DNA from: Sphingobacterium sp.
GTDB taxonomy: Bacteria > Bacteroidota > Bacteroidia > Sphingobacteriales > Sphingobacteriaceae
Assembly: GCA_040392285.1 (NCBI GenBank)
Contig: JBEBWF010000008.1
Location: forward strand, 15,962 to 79,961
DNA length: 64,000 nucleotides
Direction: 5' to 3'
Part shown: positions 49,166-58,691 of the stretch, in pieces
Layout: every line of letters begins with the position of its first letter
How positions within the stretch are numbered: the stretch's first letter is position 1
The notes under the pieces: generated by a model
What the model saw: the letters and a program-made list of their open reading frames with translations, nothing else
The model's database searches: none
What the model was told of the DNA's origin: nothing
Translations under genes and position numbers: made by a program

Positions 49166-49987
49166 ATGGATTTACAAAAAGCTAAGAAACTCGTTGAGGA
49201 AGCTTGGGAAGACAGGCAACTTTTGGAATACAAAGAGTATTTCGAAACCATTCAGAGTGTTATCATGAAACTGGATACTGGCGATCTTCGCGTGGCAGAA
49301 CCTATTGGAGACCGCTGGCATGTAAACGACTGGATCAAGAAAGCAGTCATTCTGTATTTCCCTATTCGTGAGATGAAAGAAATCGAAAACAAACCTTTCG
49401 TCTATCACGACAAAATGAAATTAAAAACCAACTATAAAGCGCAAGGCGTTCGTGTTGTTCCAGGTGCTTCTGCCCGCTACGGTGCTTACTTAGCCAAGGG
49501 CGTGATCATGATGCCTTCCTACGTAAACATTGGGGCCTATGTCGACGAAGGTACGATGGTAGATACTTGGGCGACCGTAGGATCATGTGCACAGATTGGC
49601 AAGAATGTACATCTTTCAGGAGGTGTCGGTATTGGTGGTGTATTAGAACCCGTACAGGCGGCTCCGGTCATCATTGAAGATAATGTTTTTGTGGGTTCAC
49701 GTGCTATTGTCGTAGAAGGTATACGTGTCGAAACCGAAGCGGTATTGGGTGCGAATGTGGTATTGACGGCCTCTACAAAAATCATCGATGTCTCAGGTCC
49801 CGAACCTGTGGAATATAAAGGTTATGTCCCAGCTCGCTCTGTGGTCATTCCGGGTTCCTATACTAAAAAGTTTCCCGCAGGAGAATATCAGGTACCTTGT
49901 GCACTAATTATCGGCCAGCGTAAAGCATCAACCGATAAAAAAACATCCCTAAACGATGCTTTACGTGAGCATAACGTGGCGGTATAA
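49166..49987 (+). CDS. dapD: 2,3,4,5-tetrahydropyridine-2,6-dicarboxylate N-succinyltransferase
   Basis: Left-handed beta-helix hexapeptide repeats (GAYVDEGTMVDTWATVGSCAQIGKNVHLSGGVGIGG) are present. The 273-aa size is typical. Confidence 0.93.
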   Translation: MDLQKAKKLVEEAWEDRQLLEYKEYFETIQSVIMKLDTGDLRVAEPIGDRWHVNDWIKKAVILYFPIREMKEIENKPFVYHDKMKLKTNYKAQGVRVVPGASARYGAYLAKGVIMMPSYVNIGAYVDEGTMVDTWATVGSCAQIGKNVHLSGGVGIGGVLEPVQAAPVIIEDNVFVGSRAIVVEGIRVETEAVLGANVVLTASTKIIDVSGPEPVEYKGYVPARSVVIPGSYTKKFPAGEYQVPCALIIGQRKASTDKKTSLNDALREHNVAV

Positions 49988-49990
49988 CTG

Positions 49991-50572
49991 ATGGCACATA
50001 CTCCCATCAACAGCGAAGATATCCGCCAAGCCTTAGAAACGCTCAAGCGCGGAGGTTTGATCCTTTATCCAACCGATACCATTTGGGGTATTGGTTGTGA
50101 TGCAACCAATGCAGAAGCTGTAGAAAAAGTATTTGCCTTAAAAGGGCGCGATCAAGGCAAAAGCATGATCGTGCTCTTACATAACGACAACCAATTAGCT
50201 AGCTATGTACAGGACATACCGGAAGTCGCCTATGAATTGATCGAAGTGGCTGACAGGCCCTTGACCATCGTCTATTCAAAAGCGAAGAACCTCGCGCCAA
50301 ATGCGGTCGCAGCAGATGGGTCTATTGGTATTCGCATCGTTAATCACGCCTTCTGTCAGCAACTCTTGCAGCGTTTCAGGAAGCCCCTTATATCGACATC
50401 GGCAAACCTGAGTGGCATGCCGACGGCAAAGGATTTCGACGAAATCAGTCCTAAAATTAAAGAGGGGGTAGATTATATCGCAGAATTTGGGCAACAAGAT
50501 AAAAGTGATGGAAGGCCATCCGTCATCATGAAGTTAGATCCAAGCGGTAAGTTTGAATTTATCCGAAAATGA
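49991..50572 (+). CDS. tsaC: L-threonylcarbamoyladenylate synthase (YrdC/TsaC family)
   Basis: YrdC-domain motifs ILYPTDTIWGIGCDA and ISTSANLSG are present. 193 aa. Confidence 0.9.
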   Translation: MAHTPINSEDIRQALETLKRGGLILYPTDTIWGIGCDATNAEAVEKVFALKGRDQGKSMIVLLHNDNQLASYVQDIPEVAYELIEVADRPLTIVYSKAKNLAPNAVAADGSIGIRIVNHAFCQQLLQRFRKPLISTSANLSGMPTAKDFDEISPKIKEGVDYIAEFGQQDKSDGRPSVIMKLDPSGKFEFIRK

Positions 50573-50573
50573 C

Positions 50574-51413
50574 ATGAAAAGGTTCCAATCTCATCCTTCA
50601 CAAACTATCCGGGTCAAAAGTAAATTGCTGACATTCGAGCGTCCCCTTATTATGGGCATTTTGAATGTTACACCGGATTCTTTTTATGATGGTGGGCAAC
50701 ACGATACCGTGGAGAGAGCCCTACAACACACGCAAAGAATACTCGATGAGGGAGGCGATATCATTGATATTGGTGCTTTCTCTTCCAGACCCGGAGCAGC
50801 CCTGATTAGCAGCCAGGAAGAAATCGATCGATCGGTGCCGGTAATCGAACGTTTAATCCATGAATTCCCTCATGCCGTCTTTTCCATAGACACTTTTCGG
50901 GCAGATGTCGCTAAAGCTTGTATACATGCCGGAGCACACATCATCAACGATATCTCGGGAGGCAATCTCGACGAAGATATGTTTTCGGTCGTAGCCGAAC
51001 TGCAAGTGCCTTACATCCTGATGCATATGCGTGGCCGTCCGGACACCATGCAACAGCTTACAGATTATGACGATATCGCTACTGATGTAGCCGTAGAACT
51101 GGGGGAACGCATTGCTAAACTTCGCGCATTGGGAGTCCGGGATATTATTCTAGATCCCGGTTTTGGTTTTGCGAAGACCATAGCACAAAACTATGAGCTA
51201 TTATTGCGAGTAGATGAACTGCATTACTTCGGTCTACCGATACTGGGTGGCATTTCGAGAAAGTCCATGATCTATAAAAAACTCGGCATCACACCTCAGG
51301 AAGCCTTAAATGGAACTACGGCATTAAATACACTATTGCTTGAGCGAGGCGTACAGATTCTCCGCGTACATGATGTGAAAGAAGCCAGACAATTGGTGGA
51401 TATGTTTTTCTGA
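50574..51413 (+). CDS. folP: Dihydropteroate synthase
   Basis: IMGILNVTPDSFYDGG, DIGAFSSRPG and GISRKS motifs are present. The ATG at 50574, 2 nt after the tsaC stop, is preferred over the TTG at 50553. Confidence 0.93.
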   Translation: MKRFQSHPSQTIRVKSKLLTFERPLIMGILNVTPDSFYDGGQHDTVERALQHTQRILDEGGDIIDIGAFSSRPGAALISSQEEIDRSVPVIERLIHEFPHAVFSIDTFRADVAKACIHAGAHIINDISGGNLDEDMFSVVAELQVPYILMHMRGRPDTMQQLTDYDDIATDVAVELGERIAKLRALGVRDIILDPGFGFAKTIAQNYELLLRVDELHYFGLPILGGISRKSMIYKKLGITPQEALNGTTALNTLLLERGVQILRVHDVKEARQLVDMFF

Positions 51414-51433
51414 TACATCTTACCTCTACCCAA

Positions 51434-52639
51434 TTACCTCACAACTTTCTCGCCGTTCAAAAAACATTCATCCCTAAAATCCTGTGGTGTCTTACCCAGA
51501 TATTTTTTAAAAACCCGAAAAAAAGATGCTCTGGAATTAAAGCCGGACATTTCAGCAATATACTCGACCTTATAAAGTCGATAATCCTCATGGATCAGCA
51601 TCAACTTGGCTTCTTCAACACGATAACGATTTACCATCTCAAAAAAAGTCATCTTTAAATGTGTATTGATGAAAGCGGATAGCACTGCCGGACGGATATG
51701 TAGCAGCGCAGCGACATCATATAGTTTTAATCCTGTTTTGGTATGTATTTTTTCAATAATAAAAAGCTGTTCCAGTTTTGCTTGCAGATTGCTTTCATTA
51801 TTCCATTCATCGCTACGCCCTATTCGAGCTTTTTTTAATAGCTCGACCTCCTCTATAAAATGATTAAGCGGTGCCACAGCTTTAGCAAAAGTTTGGTATT
51901 CAGGCTTGTTAAATATCACATGGTATGACAACCCTTTATATAGCATAAAACCATACATCAAAAGGGATGCGACAGGCACAGCGATCAAATCCAGATAAAT
52001 ATGTGATTTTCCTGTGATGAGTACCGGTATGAAATAGGCTAACAACAGAAACACGTTCAGCGATAGGAGACATCGTAGAAATACTCTTTGCCATCTTACA
52101 GATATCTCCGCCTCATACATTCCTAACTCCTTCGCTCTGTCTTTGTACAGACTTACTCTTTTCCAGCCCACATATAGATAATAACAGAGGTGGATAAGCA
52201 ACAGCAGGGACATTGTATTGAAAAAGGGTTCTTCGCCTGCATGCACCTTGTCCATGACAAGCACTTTCTCCTTGTACGGAATCATCATATAATATCCGGC
52301 ACTCGAAAGAGTCAATACTGCCGGCACAAAATGCCACAAACTATGTAGTGCCGATCGGATGCTTTTGCCTTGTATCAGCGACAAATACACCAACAATACA
52401 GGACCAAATGTAAAATTGATACCACCATTTACCGAATTTAGAAACAGCAGTTCCGGTTTACCCAAAAAAATAGAAACAACATTATGGGCAACAGTAGACA
52501 CCGGATACAGCACCAAAATTGCGAGGAAAACATTCGCTTTTGCATTATTCTTCCTAAGCAGCAAACTGCCAGCCATTGTGAATAGTACAATAATTGACAA
52601 CAGATTTATTTGTAAGATAAGCGAATCTGAAATATGCAT
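51434..52639 (-). CDS. AraC family transcriptional regulator with a polytopic N-terminal membrane domain
   Basis: About 230 aa with 6-7 hydrophobic segments are followed by the AraC HTH pair (IAEMSGFNSRASFFRVFKKYLGKTPQDFR). Confidence 0.85.
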   Translation of the reverse strand: MHISDSLILQINLLSIIVLFTMAGSLLLRKNNAKANVFLAILVLYPVSTVAHNVVSIFLGKPELLFLNSVNGGINFTFGPVLLVYLSLIQGKSIRSALHSLWHFVPAVLTLSSAGYYMMIPYKEKVLVMDKVHAGEEPFFNTMSLLLLIHLCYYLYVGWKRVSLYKDRAKELGMYEAEISVRWQRVFLRCLLSLNVFLLLAYFIPVLITGKSHIYLDLIAVPVASLLMYGFMLYKGLSYHVIFNKPEYQTFAKAVAPLNHFIEEVELLKKARIGRSDEWNNESNLQAKLEQLFIIEKIHTKTGLKLYDVAALLHIRPAVLSAFINTHLKMTFFEMVNRYRVEEAKLMLIHEDYRLYKVEYIAEMSGFNSRASFFRVFKKYLGKTPQDFRDECFLNGEKVVR

Positions 52640-52949
52640 CGGATCTGTCTTGGTAAGTTATGCTAAGTATCTTCTCTATGTAGGTTAATAGTACGAAAAT
52701 AAAAAATAAAAAATCGAAATGCAAAACTTTGCACTTGTACAAAATCAGACGGCTCCACAGCATTTAAAAAACACTTATTTACAACTACTTAAGAAAAACT
52801 GGGACTACTTTATTGGTAAGTTGAGACAAGCTTGTCGCTCTTTTATAGCTTATTTATTCTGTTTTATTGGTTTATTAGACTATTCATAAAATTCAGACAA
52901 TCCAGAAAATGTCGATATTTTTTAGAGACCACGCTAATTTATAAAAACC

Positions 52950-53990
52950 ATGAATACATTAATCAAAAAGTTAACAAGCTCTGCATTCCTTATTATCGCT
53001 ATCAGCTTCGTTAGTACCCTACAGGCGCAACAACCTACTGAAAAAGAAGTCAAACAGGCATTTGCGCCAAAAGGAACGCACCGCGCGCCGTTCAAAAAAG
53101 CCACCGAAGTAGCACTCACAAGCGTTAATTTACAATTCAAGCTAGCCACCCGTCAGGAACAGGAAAAACGTAAGGTAGGCAATGTGATTACTTGGGGTTT
53201 CCTCGAAGGTATAGATGATGCTCTCTTTCAGGAAATAACAGACGAATATTACAAAAATCTGGAGGCAAAGCTTAGAGCAAACGGTTTTTCGCTGAACAAC
53301 GGCTACAAAGATCATAAATCTTATCAAAAACTAGTAGAAAGTAACACTGATCTGCAAAGGGAGACAAATAAAAAAAATTGGGGAGCGTCCAAAATTTTCA
53401 CGGCAAACAATGCACCATATATCGAGTATCCCACGGGAATGATGGGAGCTCACGCTTCATTAGGCAACGACCTAAAAATACCTGTTGGACAGCTGTTTAT
53501 TACCATAGATTTTATCGAAATTATACAAAATATCAATCGCGGGCTTTCGAGTTTTACGTTAATGGGCAACAGTGACCGTACGGACAAATTCGAAACTGAT
53601 ATGCGACCTATTGTCCGCATCGAGGGTATCACAGCTGCATCTATGGGCAAACAGTTCAAGGGTGACGGCACGTATGCTAAATTCACAGGCGACAATTGGA
53701 GTTTTTGCAATGCCATCCTTCAGCCCGGGGTTACAATCACATCAGACGTTACGTACGCCAATGATGTAGAGACAGCAGAAGGAATACCCGAGAGCATGAA
53801 GAAATTTAAAAGTGCAGTGGTCGGGGACCTGGTAGGCATTTTTTCACGTGGTACCGTCAAAAGCGGACGTGGCAATCTGGAAGCGACCTACACCATTCAA
53901 GCTAATCCACAGGCTTATAAAAAAGCTGTACTAAATGCGTTAGACAAATACAACGATTATCTGATCGCTTATATCAAAGCGAATAATTGA
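52950..53990 (+). CDS. Secreted hypothetical protein
   Basis: Signal peptide MNTLIKKLTSSAFLIIAISFVSTLQAQQ is present. Clean 346-aa ORF, first gene of a tightly spaced co-directional cluster. I recognise no family. Confidence 0.6.
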   Translation: MNTLIKKLTSSAFLIIAISFVSTLQAQQPTEKEVKQAFAPKGTHRAPFKKATEVALTSVNLQFKLATRQEQEKRKVGNVITWGFLEGIDDALFQEITDEYYKNLEAKLRANGFSLNNGYKDHKSYQKLVESNTDLQRETNKKNWGASKIFTANNAPYIEYPTGMMGAHASLGNDLKIPVGQLFITIDFIEIIQNINRGLSSFTLMGNSDRTDKFETDMRPIVRIEGITAASMGKQFKGDGTYAKFTGDNWSFCNAILQPGVTITSDVTYANDVETAEGIPESMKKFKSAVVGDLVGIFSRGTVKSGRGNLEATYTIQANPQAYKKAVLNALDKYNDYLIAYIKANN

Positions 53991-54021
53991 TCCACGATGG
54001 ATTAAAAATTATTTTCCGCTT

Positions 54022-55335
54022 ATGAAAGCTATACACATACTCCTCCTCCTGCTATTGGTATCCTGCGGCAAGAACGAAGTTCCGGGTGAAACAGGAGATG
54101 ACACTCCCAGCACCTCCGATCCTGCACTGAGCAACAGTGGCAGCACCCGACTGAACCAGCCTATACCTAATTTTGAGTGGATTGGTGCATACAATGATCA
54201 TATCTATGGTTGTGATGTGTACACCGGTACTTATCTGGCCCGCTTCAGCACTGTCGACCGTAAAATGGATATGCTTAAAAAATATGGTTCAGCAGAGACC
54301 TTTCAGGCGATAGCCCATTCGGTAGACTCAAAGGGTAATATCTATTACTACGCTAAAGCAGGCGGGGGAAATGTAGGACTTATGAAAATAGAAGCTAATG
54401 GGAATGTACAATGGAAGAAAAAACTAAAAATGACCTTAAGCCCCTACAATGATCCAAGTGATATGCAACCTGTTGCCGTAAAACATATCAACGGCTACCT
54501 TTGGGCCTTATCAAGTCTGTACTTATTCAAGGTAGATCCGGAAAATGGTGAAGTCCTGAATACAATTGGAATTAGCAGTACCGGGGAGCGTTGGACGCCC
54601 GGGCAGGATATTATCAAAGCAGGCGACAATATTATGGTACAGATGGGGGGCGGGCAATTGCATTTTCATATCCTGCGAACTTCCGACTTGAAACCCCTTA
54701 AATCCGTGAAAACTCCTTTCACGATATTTCCCACTTCAGGATTTCCGACTAATACCATTCTAGATGTAGCAGCCAATCGTTTTTTTGCCGTAACACATTA
54801 CCGTGAACAATCCTCTTTATTTCCCAGAGGAGTCCTCATTGAATTTGATTCCGATGGGAAAATCCTGAACAGTGCTATCCTAAAAGACGGGTTGGACCAG
54901 TTTGAAGTAACCCGTATGCACCGTGACAAAGCGGGGAACTATGCCGTTGCTTTTAATACAATTATCGAGCTGGGCAGCAACTTAAAAACAAAAGATGTAT
55001 TAATATTCAACAAAGATCTGGAGCTGATCCACAAAGTAAGCCTCCCACCGAACCTGAAAAGATCAGCCATTTCGTTCAATATATCTATGGTAGCTTTAGT
55101 CAATGAAAACAACTTTAACAATACAATCATCGAATGGGTAGACACCAAAAATCCAGGTTGCAAATCCAACAGCAGATTAACGAATATCAAACTCGAAACG
55201 CTGGCTTTTAATGCGGCAGAAGTAAACACGGATGTACAGCCTTTCACTTCTTTAATGAGTTATGCTGGGAGCGAAGATATGACCTATACTGTGGAGGATA
55301 TAAACTTTAGCCAGACTGTTTCGGCATGCAATTAA
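54022..55335 (+). CDS. Hypothetical lipoprotein, beta-propeller-like
   Basis: A lipobox-like N-terminus (LLLLLLVSCGKNE) is present. Repeated short beta-strand/turn segments (NGNVQWKK, NGYLWAL, ENGEVLN) are reminiscent of PQQ/BamB-like propellers. Fold not verified. Confidence 0.6.
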   Translation: MKAIHILLLLLLVSCGKNEVPGETGDDTPSTSDPALSNSGSTRLNQPIPNFEWIGAYNDHIYGCDVYTGTYLARFSTVDRKMDMLKKYGSAETFQAIAHSVDSKGNIYYYAKAGGGNVGLMKIEANGNVQWKKKLKMTLSPYNDPSDMQPVAVKHINGYLWALSSLYLFKVDPENGEVLNTIGISSTGERWTPGQDIIKAGDNIMVQMGGGQLHFHILRTSDLKPLKSVKTPFTIFPTSGFPTNTILDVAANRFFAVTHYREQSSLFPRGVLIEFDSDGKILNSAILKDGLDQFEVTRMHRDKAGNYAVAFNTIIELGSNLKTKDVLIFNKDLELIHKVSLPPNLKRSAISFNISMVALVNENNFNNTIIEWVDTKNPGCKSNSRLTNIKLETLAFNAAEVNTDVQPFTSLMSYAGSEDMTYTVEDINFSQTVSACN

Positions 55336-55342
55336 TCCGTTT

Positions 55343-56413
55343 ATGATGAAAGTATTTATTAGCATCGATCTTCTGCCCAACAACTATATAGGACTACTCC
55401 TGTTTCTTTGTCCTCTACTATGGGCGTGTCCCGGAAAAAAAGAAGATCCGCAGCCCGATAAACAACCTACTGCCGAAGAAGTCATGACCGATTGGGCAAA
55501 GGAGGTGAGTTTTGGAAAAATCAGCGTTTCACCCGGAACATGGAGCTACAAAGATATTATTTTCAATAAGGACAACGCTGCTTTGCTGGACAACGATAAT
55601 CGGATATTCGTTTCCTATGACAACGGCGACAGCTGGGTCGAAAAACTGAAAATCACTGGGGCAACACTGAAAAGCATTGCACTGAAACCAGACGGCGAGA
55701 AACTGTTTATCGGTGGTGTTAGTGTAGGTCCCTACACCTTTGGGGCAAAATTCTGGGTGTACCATACACCAAAAAATGGCACCATTAGCCTAGATTACGA
55801 TGGCGAAGCTATTCTTGCACAGCTCAACGATCCGATTAACCACGATTTTCAACGTACGCAATGGAATGACGATGGCTCGGTCTACGCTAGTTTTGGTCGC
55901 ACGACCAAAATGGATGGATTTTTCGGAAACATCACACCGGATGGACGGAAGACTTTTAATCGTCGTACTCCTTCCTTTTCACGTATAGATGACAGAGAGC
56001 CTGCACGGCAGCCTAGCCATTGTGCGGGTTTTTATATACAGAACAATAGCGCAACGACTGTTTTGTGTGTCTACGAATATAATCCTACTGCTATGATGGG
56101 TATCGTTTCTCCCTATCAATCGGGCAGTAAAGGGGGTGGCAACAGTTGGTTGCGCCTCGCCCTCTATTGGAAAGCCGACCTAGTGTACCATATCGGACAG
56201 GATCTGACGGGCAAACACGCCGTTTATGTGTCGCAGGCCAACAGGCTGTTTTACGATGGCAAATACCTTATCAACCACAAAAACCTGCAAGGCGAACTGC
56301 AATGTGCTTCGATAGATAACAACGGCTACCTGTGGGTGGGTACCAGCAACGGCCTCTACAAAGCCACCAAGAAGATGCCGGAGCTGCCGAAAACGGTGTT
56401 TGACAAGGAATAA
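55343..56413 (+). CDS. Hypothetical lipoprotein with a BNR/Asp-box motif (propeller-like)
   Basis: A hydrophobic N-terminus ends in LLWAC. One Asp-box-like motif is SYDNGDSW. The C-terminal NGYLWVGTSNGLYK resembles propeller repeats. Confidence 0.6.
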   Translation: MMKVFISIDLLPNNYIGLLLFLCPLLWACPGKKEDPQPDKQPTAEEVMTDWAKEVSFGKISVSPGTWSYKDIIFNKDNAALLDNDNRIFVSYDNGDSWVEKLKITGATLKSIALKPDGEKLFIGGVSVGPYTFGAKFWVYHTPKNGTISLDYDGEAILAQLNDPINHDFQRTQWNDDGSVYASFGRTTKMDGFFGNITPDGRKTFNRRTPSFSRIDDREPARQPSHCAGFYIQNNSATTVLCVYEYNPTAMMGIVSPYQSGSKGGGNSWLRLALYWKADLVYHIGQDLTGKHAVYVSQANRLFYDGKYLINHKNLQGELQCASIDNNGYLWVGTSNGLYKATKKMPELPKTVFDKE

Positions 56414-56438
56414 TGGAGAATTGATTAATAATACAGCT

Positions 56439-58550
56439 ATGAAAACCTTACAATCAGTACTACTGTCAATCGTCTTTGCCCTGCTTGCGGTGGCAAGCTA
56501 TGCGCAATCACCTATCAGCTCCTGCCGCAGGTCCTTTGACCCCGAAGGAAAAGGTATAAGCCGCGAACAACATGACGAAGCGTACCGCCAAATATATATG
56601 CAGTTCAGCAAGTTCCGAGAAAAAAGCAAGTCAGGTCTCGACCCCGGCGGCATAGAAATAAAAAGCAGGAACCCCAAATACAGCAAGATGTACCTCTACG
56701 CCGATTACATCTTGTCTCACGAGATGAAACCGGACATTAACATGGTCATCGACCTGAAGTCGCCCAATAGCGGTAAGCACGCCTACCTATATATGGCTTA
56801 TGTAGAGCTTGCCCCCGATGCGCAGGGCAACAAAAAAGAACTGGTACTGTTCTTTTTCTCCGGCTACAACATCAGGGCAAAGAAAAAGTACAACACAGAC
56901 ACCAAAACCGCATATGTGAAAGAAATAGCGGCGGACATAGACAAAAATCCCATCGTGGTGGCAGAAACGCAACCCGATGTTGTCCTTGAGGTGGACGAAT
57001 ACGCCAGCGGCGGAAGCCCGAAAATAAAAGCTTTCGGCACCACCACCTATATCTACGACATCAACAGCCTGCACCCCAACAAAATCCCGCTCACCATCGG
57101 GAAGCTGTTCCAGTACAAATCCGGCTTAAAGAGCATCAAAAATTATGAAACAGCAATGCTCGTCAACTACAGCCAAAACGGCAAAACTACCGGTACAATC
57201 GAATATATTCCAAAAGAAGGTGGCAAAGCTTTGGTACTCGAACACATCAAAAAGTTCGATGAAAACGGACAGCTTACGGAAGCAGGTTTTGAAATCAGTA
57301 CCTCTGTGAAGACAGGCGAAAAAATTGTGGGAACCTGGAATAATTCCACAAAAATAAACATCTATACCGACAAAAAAACACTTTCATTCGGAATGGACTT
57401 ACACAACGGCAAGACCTATTTCACTACTGTCTTCAGCTTGCCCGCAGGCATAGAAAAAAATTGGAAGAATGATGTTCGCAAGTTCAACATCGAACCAGAC
57501 CTGCTGGAGGAGCTGCGCCAAAACCTGGGCAGAGAACCCGTAGAAGACCGGGAACAGTTTCAGGAGTTTCTGACCAATTTTCAGCGGCTCAATGAATACG
57601 TCATCATAGACGAGACAGCAAAAAACATACACGGTATGCCTGTGAAATATATCTACAAAGGCACCTACAACAAGGACGGCCAACCCCACGGCTGGGGCCT
57701 AATGTATGCCGTCAACCACTATGATGACGAATACTACATCGGGCAGTTCAAAAATGGCATGCCCGATGGTCTGGGCATACGACAAGATTTTAAGCTAGAC
57801 AAGCCCGAAATCAGGTACAGTAGTCGGGGTATGCACGTCGGAAACACACTGGTATACGGAACACGAATAGCACGCCCGGCCCCCGTGTATGACCCTAACT
57901 ACGCATCCAACAACGGATATTACCAACCTCACGGATACTATGTAACCCACGGCGATTTCAGGCAGGGTGAGCTCAACGGCAAGGGAAGCCATATCTGGTA
58001 TCAAGGATTTGACAATGGCATAGGAGACTTGTCCTATGGAAATTTCCAAAACGGCAAGTTGCACGGCACAGGGAGCTATTATGACAATGATGAGAAGAAA
58101 GTCGGCGAATTTGAAAACGGCAATTTTTTGTCGGGCAACAGCGTAACCGATAAAATGTATGACAACAACTTTTACCCTGGCGCAGTGGTGCTGTACAATG
58201 GTAAAAAATACGTAATTATGAATAAAGCAAACGGCCGGATTTATTTAGACGGAATAGATGTAGCCAGCACGGCAAATCTATCGCTGACAGGCGAACGTTC
58301 TGTACAAAGAAAAGTCTGCAATATTTGCAACGGAACCGGATTTTTAAACCCGACCAGCAATACCGTTTTCTCTGGTGTAACCCAAACACAAAAAAGCTAC
58401 CAAACAGGCCCCACAGGTTACGTCGTGTGGGAAAAAACCACGACTACCACTACAGCCCCGGTTACTACACACCGGACGAACAGATGTACAGCCTGTACCG
58501 GAGGATCGTCAGGAAATGCCCCTGTGCCGCTAAAATCAGACCAAAGGTGA
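56439..58550 (+). CDS. Secreted MORN-repeat protein with C-terminal CxxCxGxG zinc-ribbon-like motifs
   Basis: Signal peptide MKTLQSVLLSIVFALLAVASYAQS is present. MORN-like repeats include GQPHGWGLMY, GMPDGLGIRQ, GELNGKGSHIW and GKLHGTGSYY. The C-terminal motifs are CNICNGTG and CTACTGG. The ATG at 56439 is preferred over the TTG at 56400. Confidence 0.7.
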   Translation: MKTLQSVLLSIVFALLAVASYAQSPISSCRRSFDPEGKGISREQHDEAYRQIYMQFSKFREKSKSGLDPGGIEIKSRNPKYSKMYLYADYILSHEMKPDINMVIDLKSPNSGKHAYLYMAYVELAPDAQGNKKELVLFFFSGYNIRAKKKYNTDTKTAYVKEIAADIDKNPIVVAETQPDVVLEVDEYASGGSPKIKAFGTTTYIYDINSLHPNKIPLTIGKLFQYKSGLKSIKNYETAMLVNYSQNGKTTGTIEYIPKEGGKALVLEHIKKFDENGQLTEAGFEISTSVKTGEKIVGTWNNSTKINIYTDKKTLSFGMDLHNGKTYFTTVFSLPAGIEKNWKNDVRKFNIEPDLLEELRQNLGREPVEDREQFQEFLTNFQRLNEYVIIDETAKNIHGMPVKYIYKGTYNKDGQPHGWGLMYAVNHYDDEYYIGQFKNGMPDGLGIRQDFKLDKPEIRYSSRGMHVGNTLVYGTRIARPAPVYDPNYASNNGYYQPHGYYVTHGDFRQGELNGKGSHIWYQGFDNGIGDLSYGNFQNGKLHGTGSYYDNDEKKVGEFENGNFLSGNSVTDKMYDNNFYPGAVVLYNGKKYVIMNKANGRIYLDGIDVASTANLSLTGERSVQRKVCNICNGTGFLNPTSNTVFSGVTQTQKSYQTGPTGYVVWEKTTTTTTAPVTTHRTNRCTACTGGSSGNAPVPLKSDQR

Positions 58551-58571
58551 AAAAGTAAAAATTTAGATAAT

Positions 58572-58603
58572 TTGAAAATGATTGTTTAAAGTTACTGATA
58601 ACT
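58572..58603 (+). repeat. Intergenic motif copy 1: TTGAAAATGATTGTTTAAAGTTACTGATAACT
   Basis: It begins 21 nt after the stop of the MORN gene. It is nearly identical to 60596..60627 (2 mismatches by eye). Confidence 0.85.
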
Positions 58604-58691
58604 GTACGGGCTGCCTTTGTGGCTGCCCAACAAAAGGGCCGCCAAATATAAATTAAGGATTGCCACAAGGGTGATCCCTACTAATAAAAAA

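Noticed and set aside
58604-58691. Direct repeat GGCTGCC..GGCTGCC and imperfect inverted repeat CCTTTGTGGC/GCCACAAGGG in the leader of the membrane-protein gene
   Set aside because: The stem is imperfect with a loop of about 40 nt, and it is not repeated at the second junction. That is too weak to call an RNA element.
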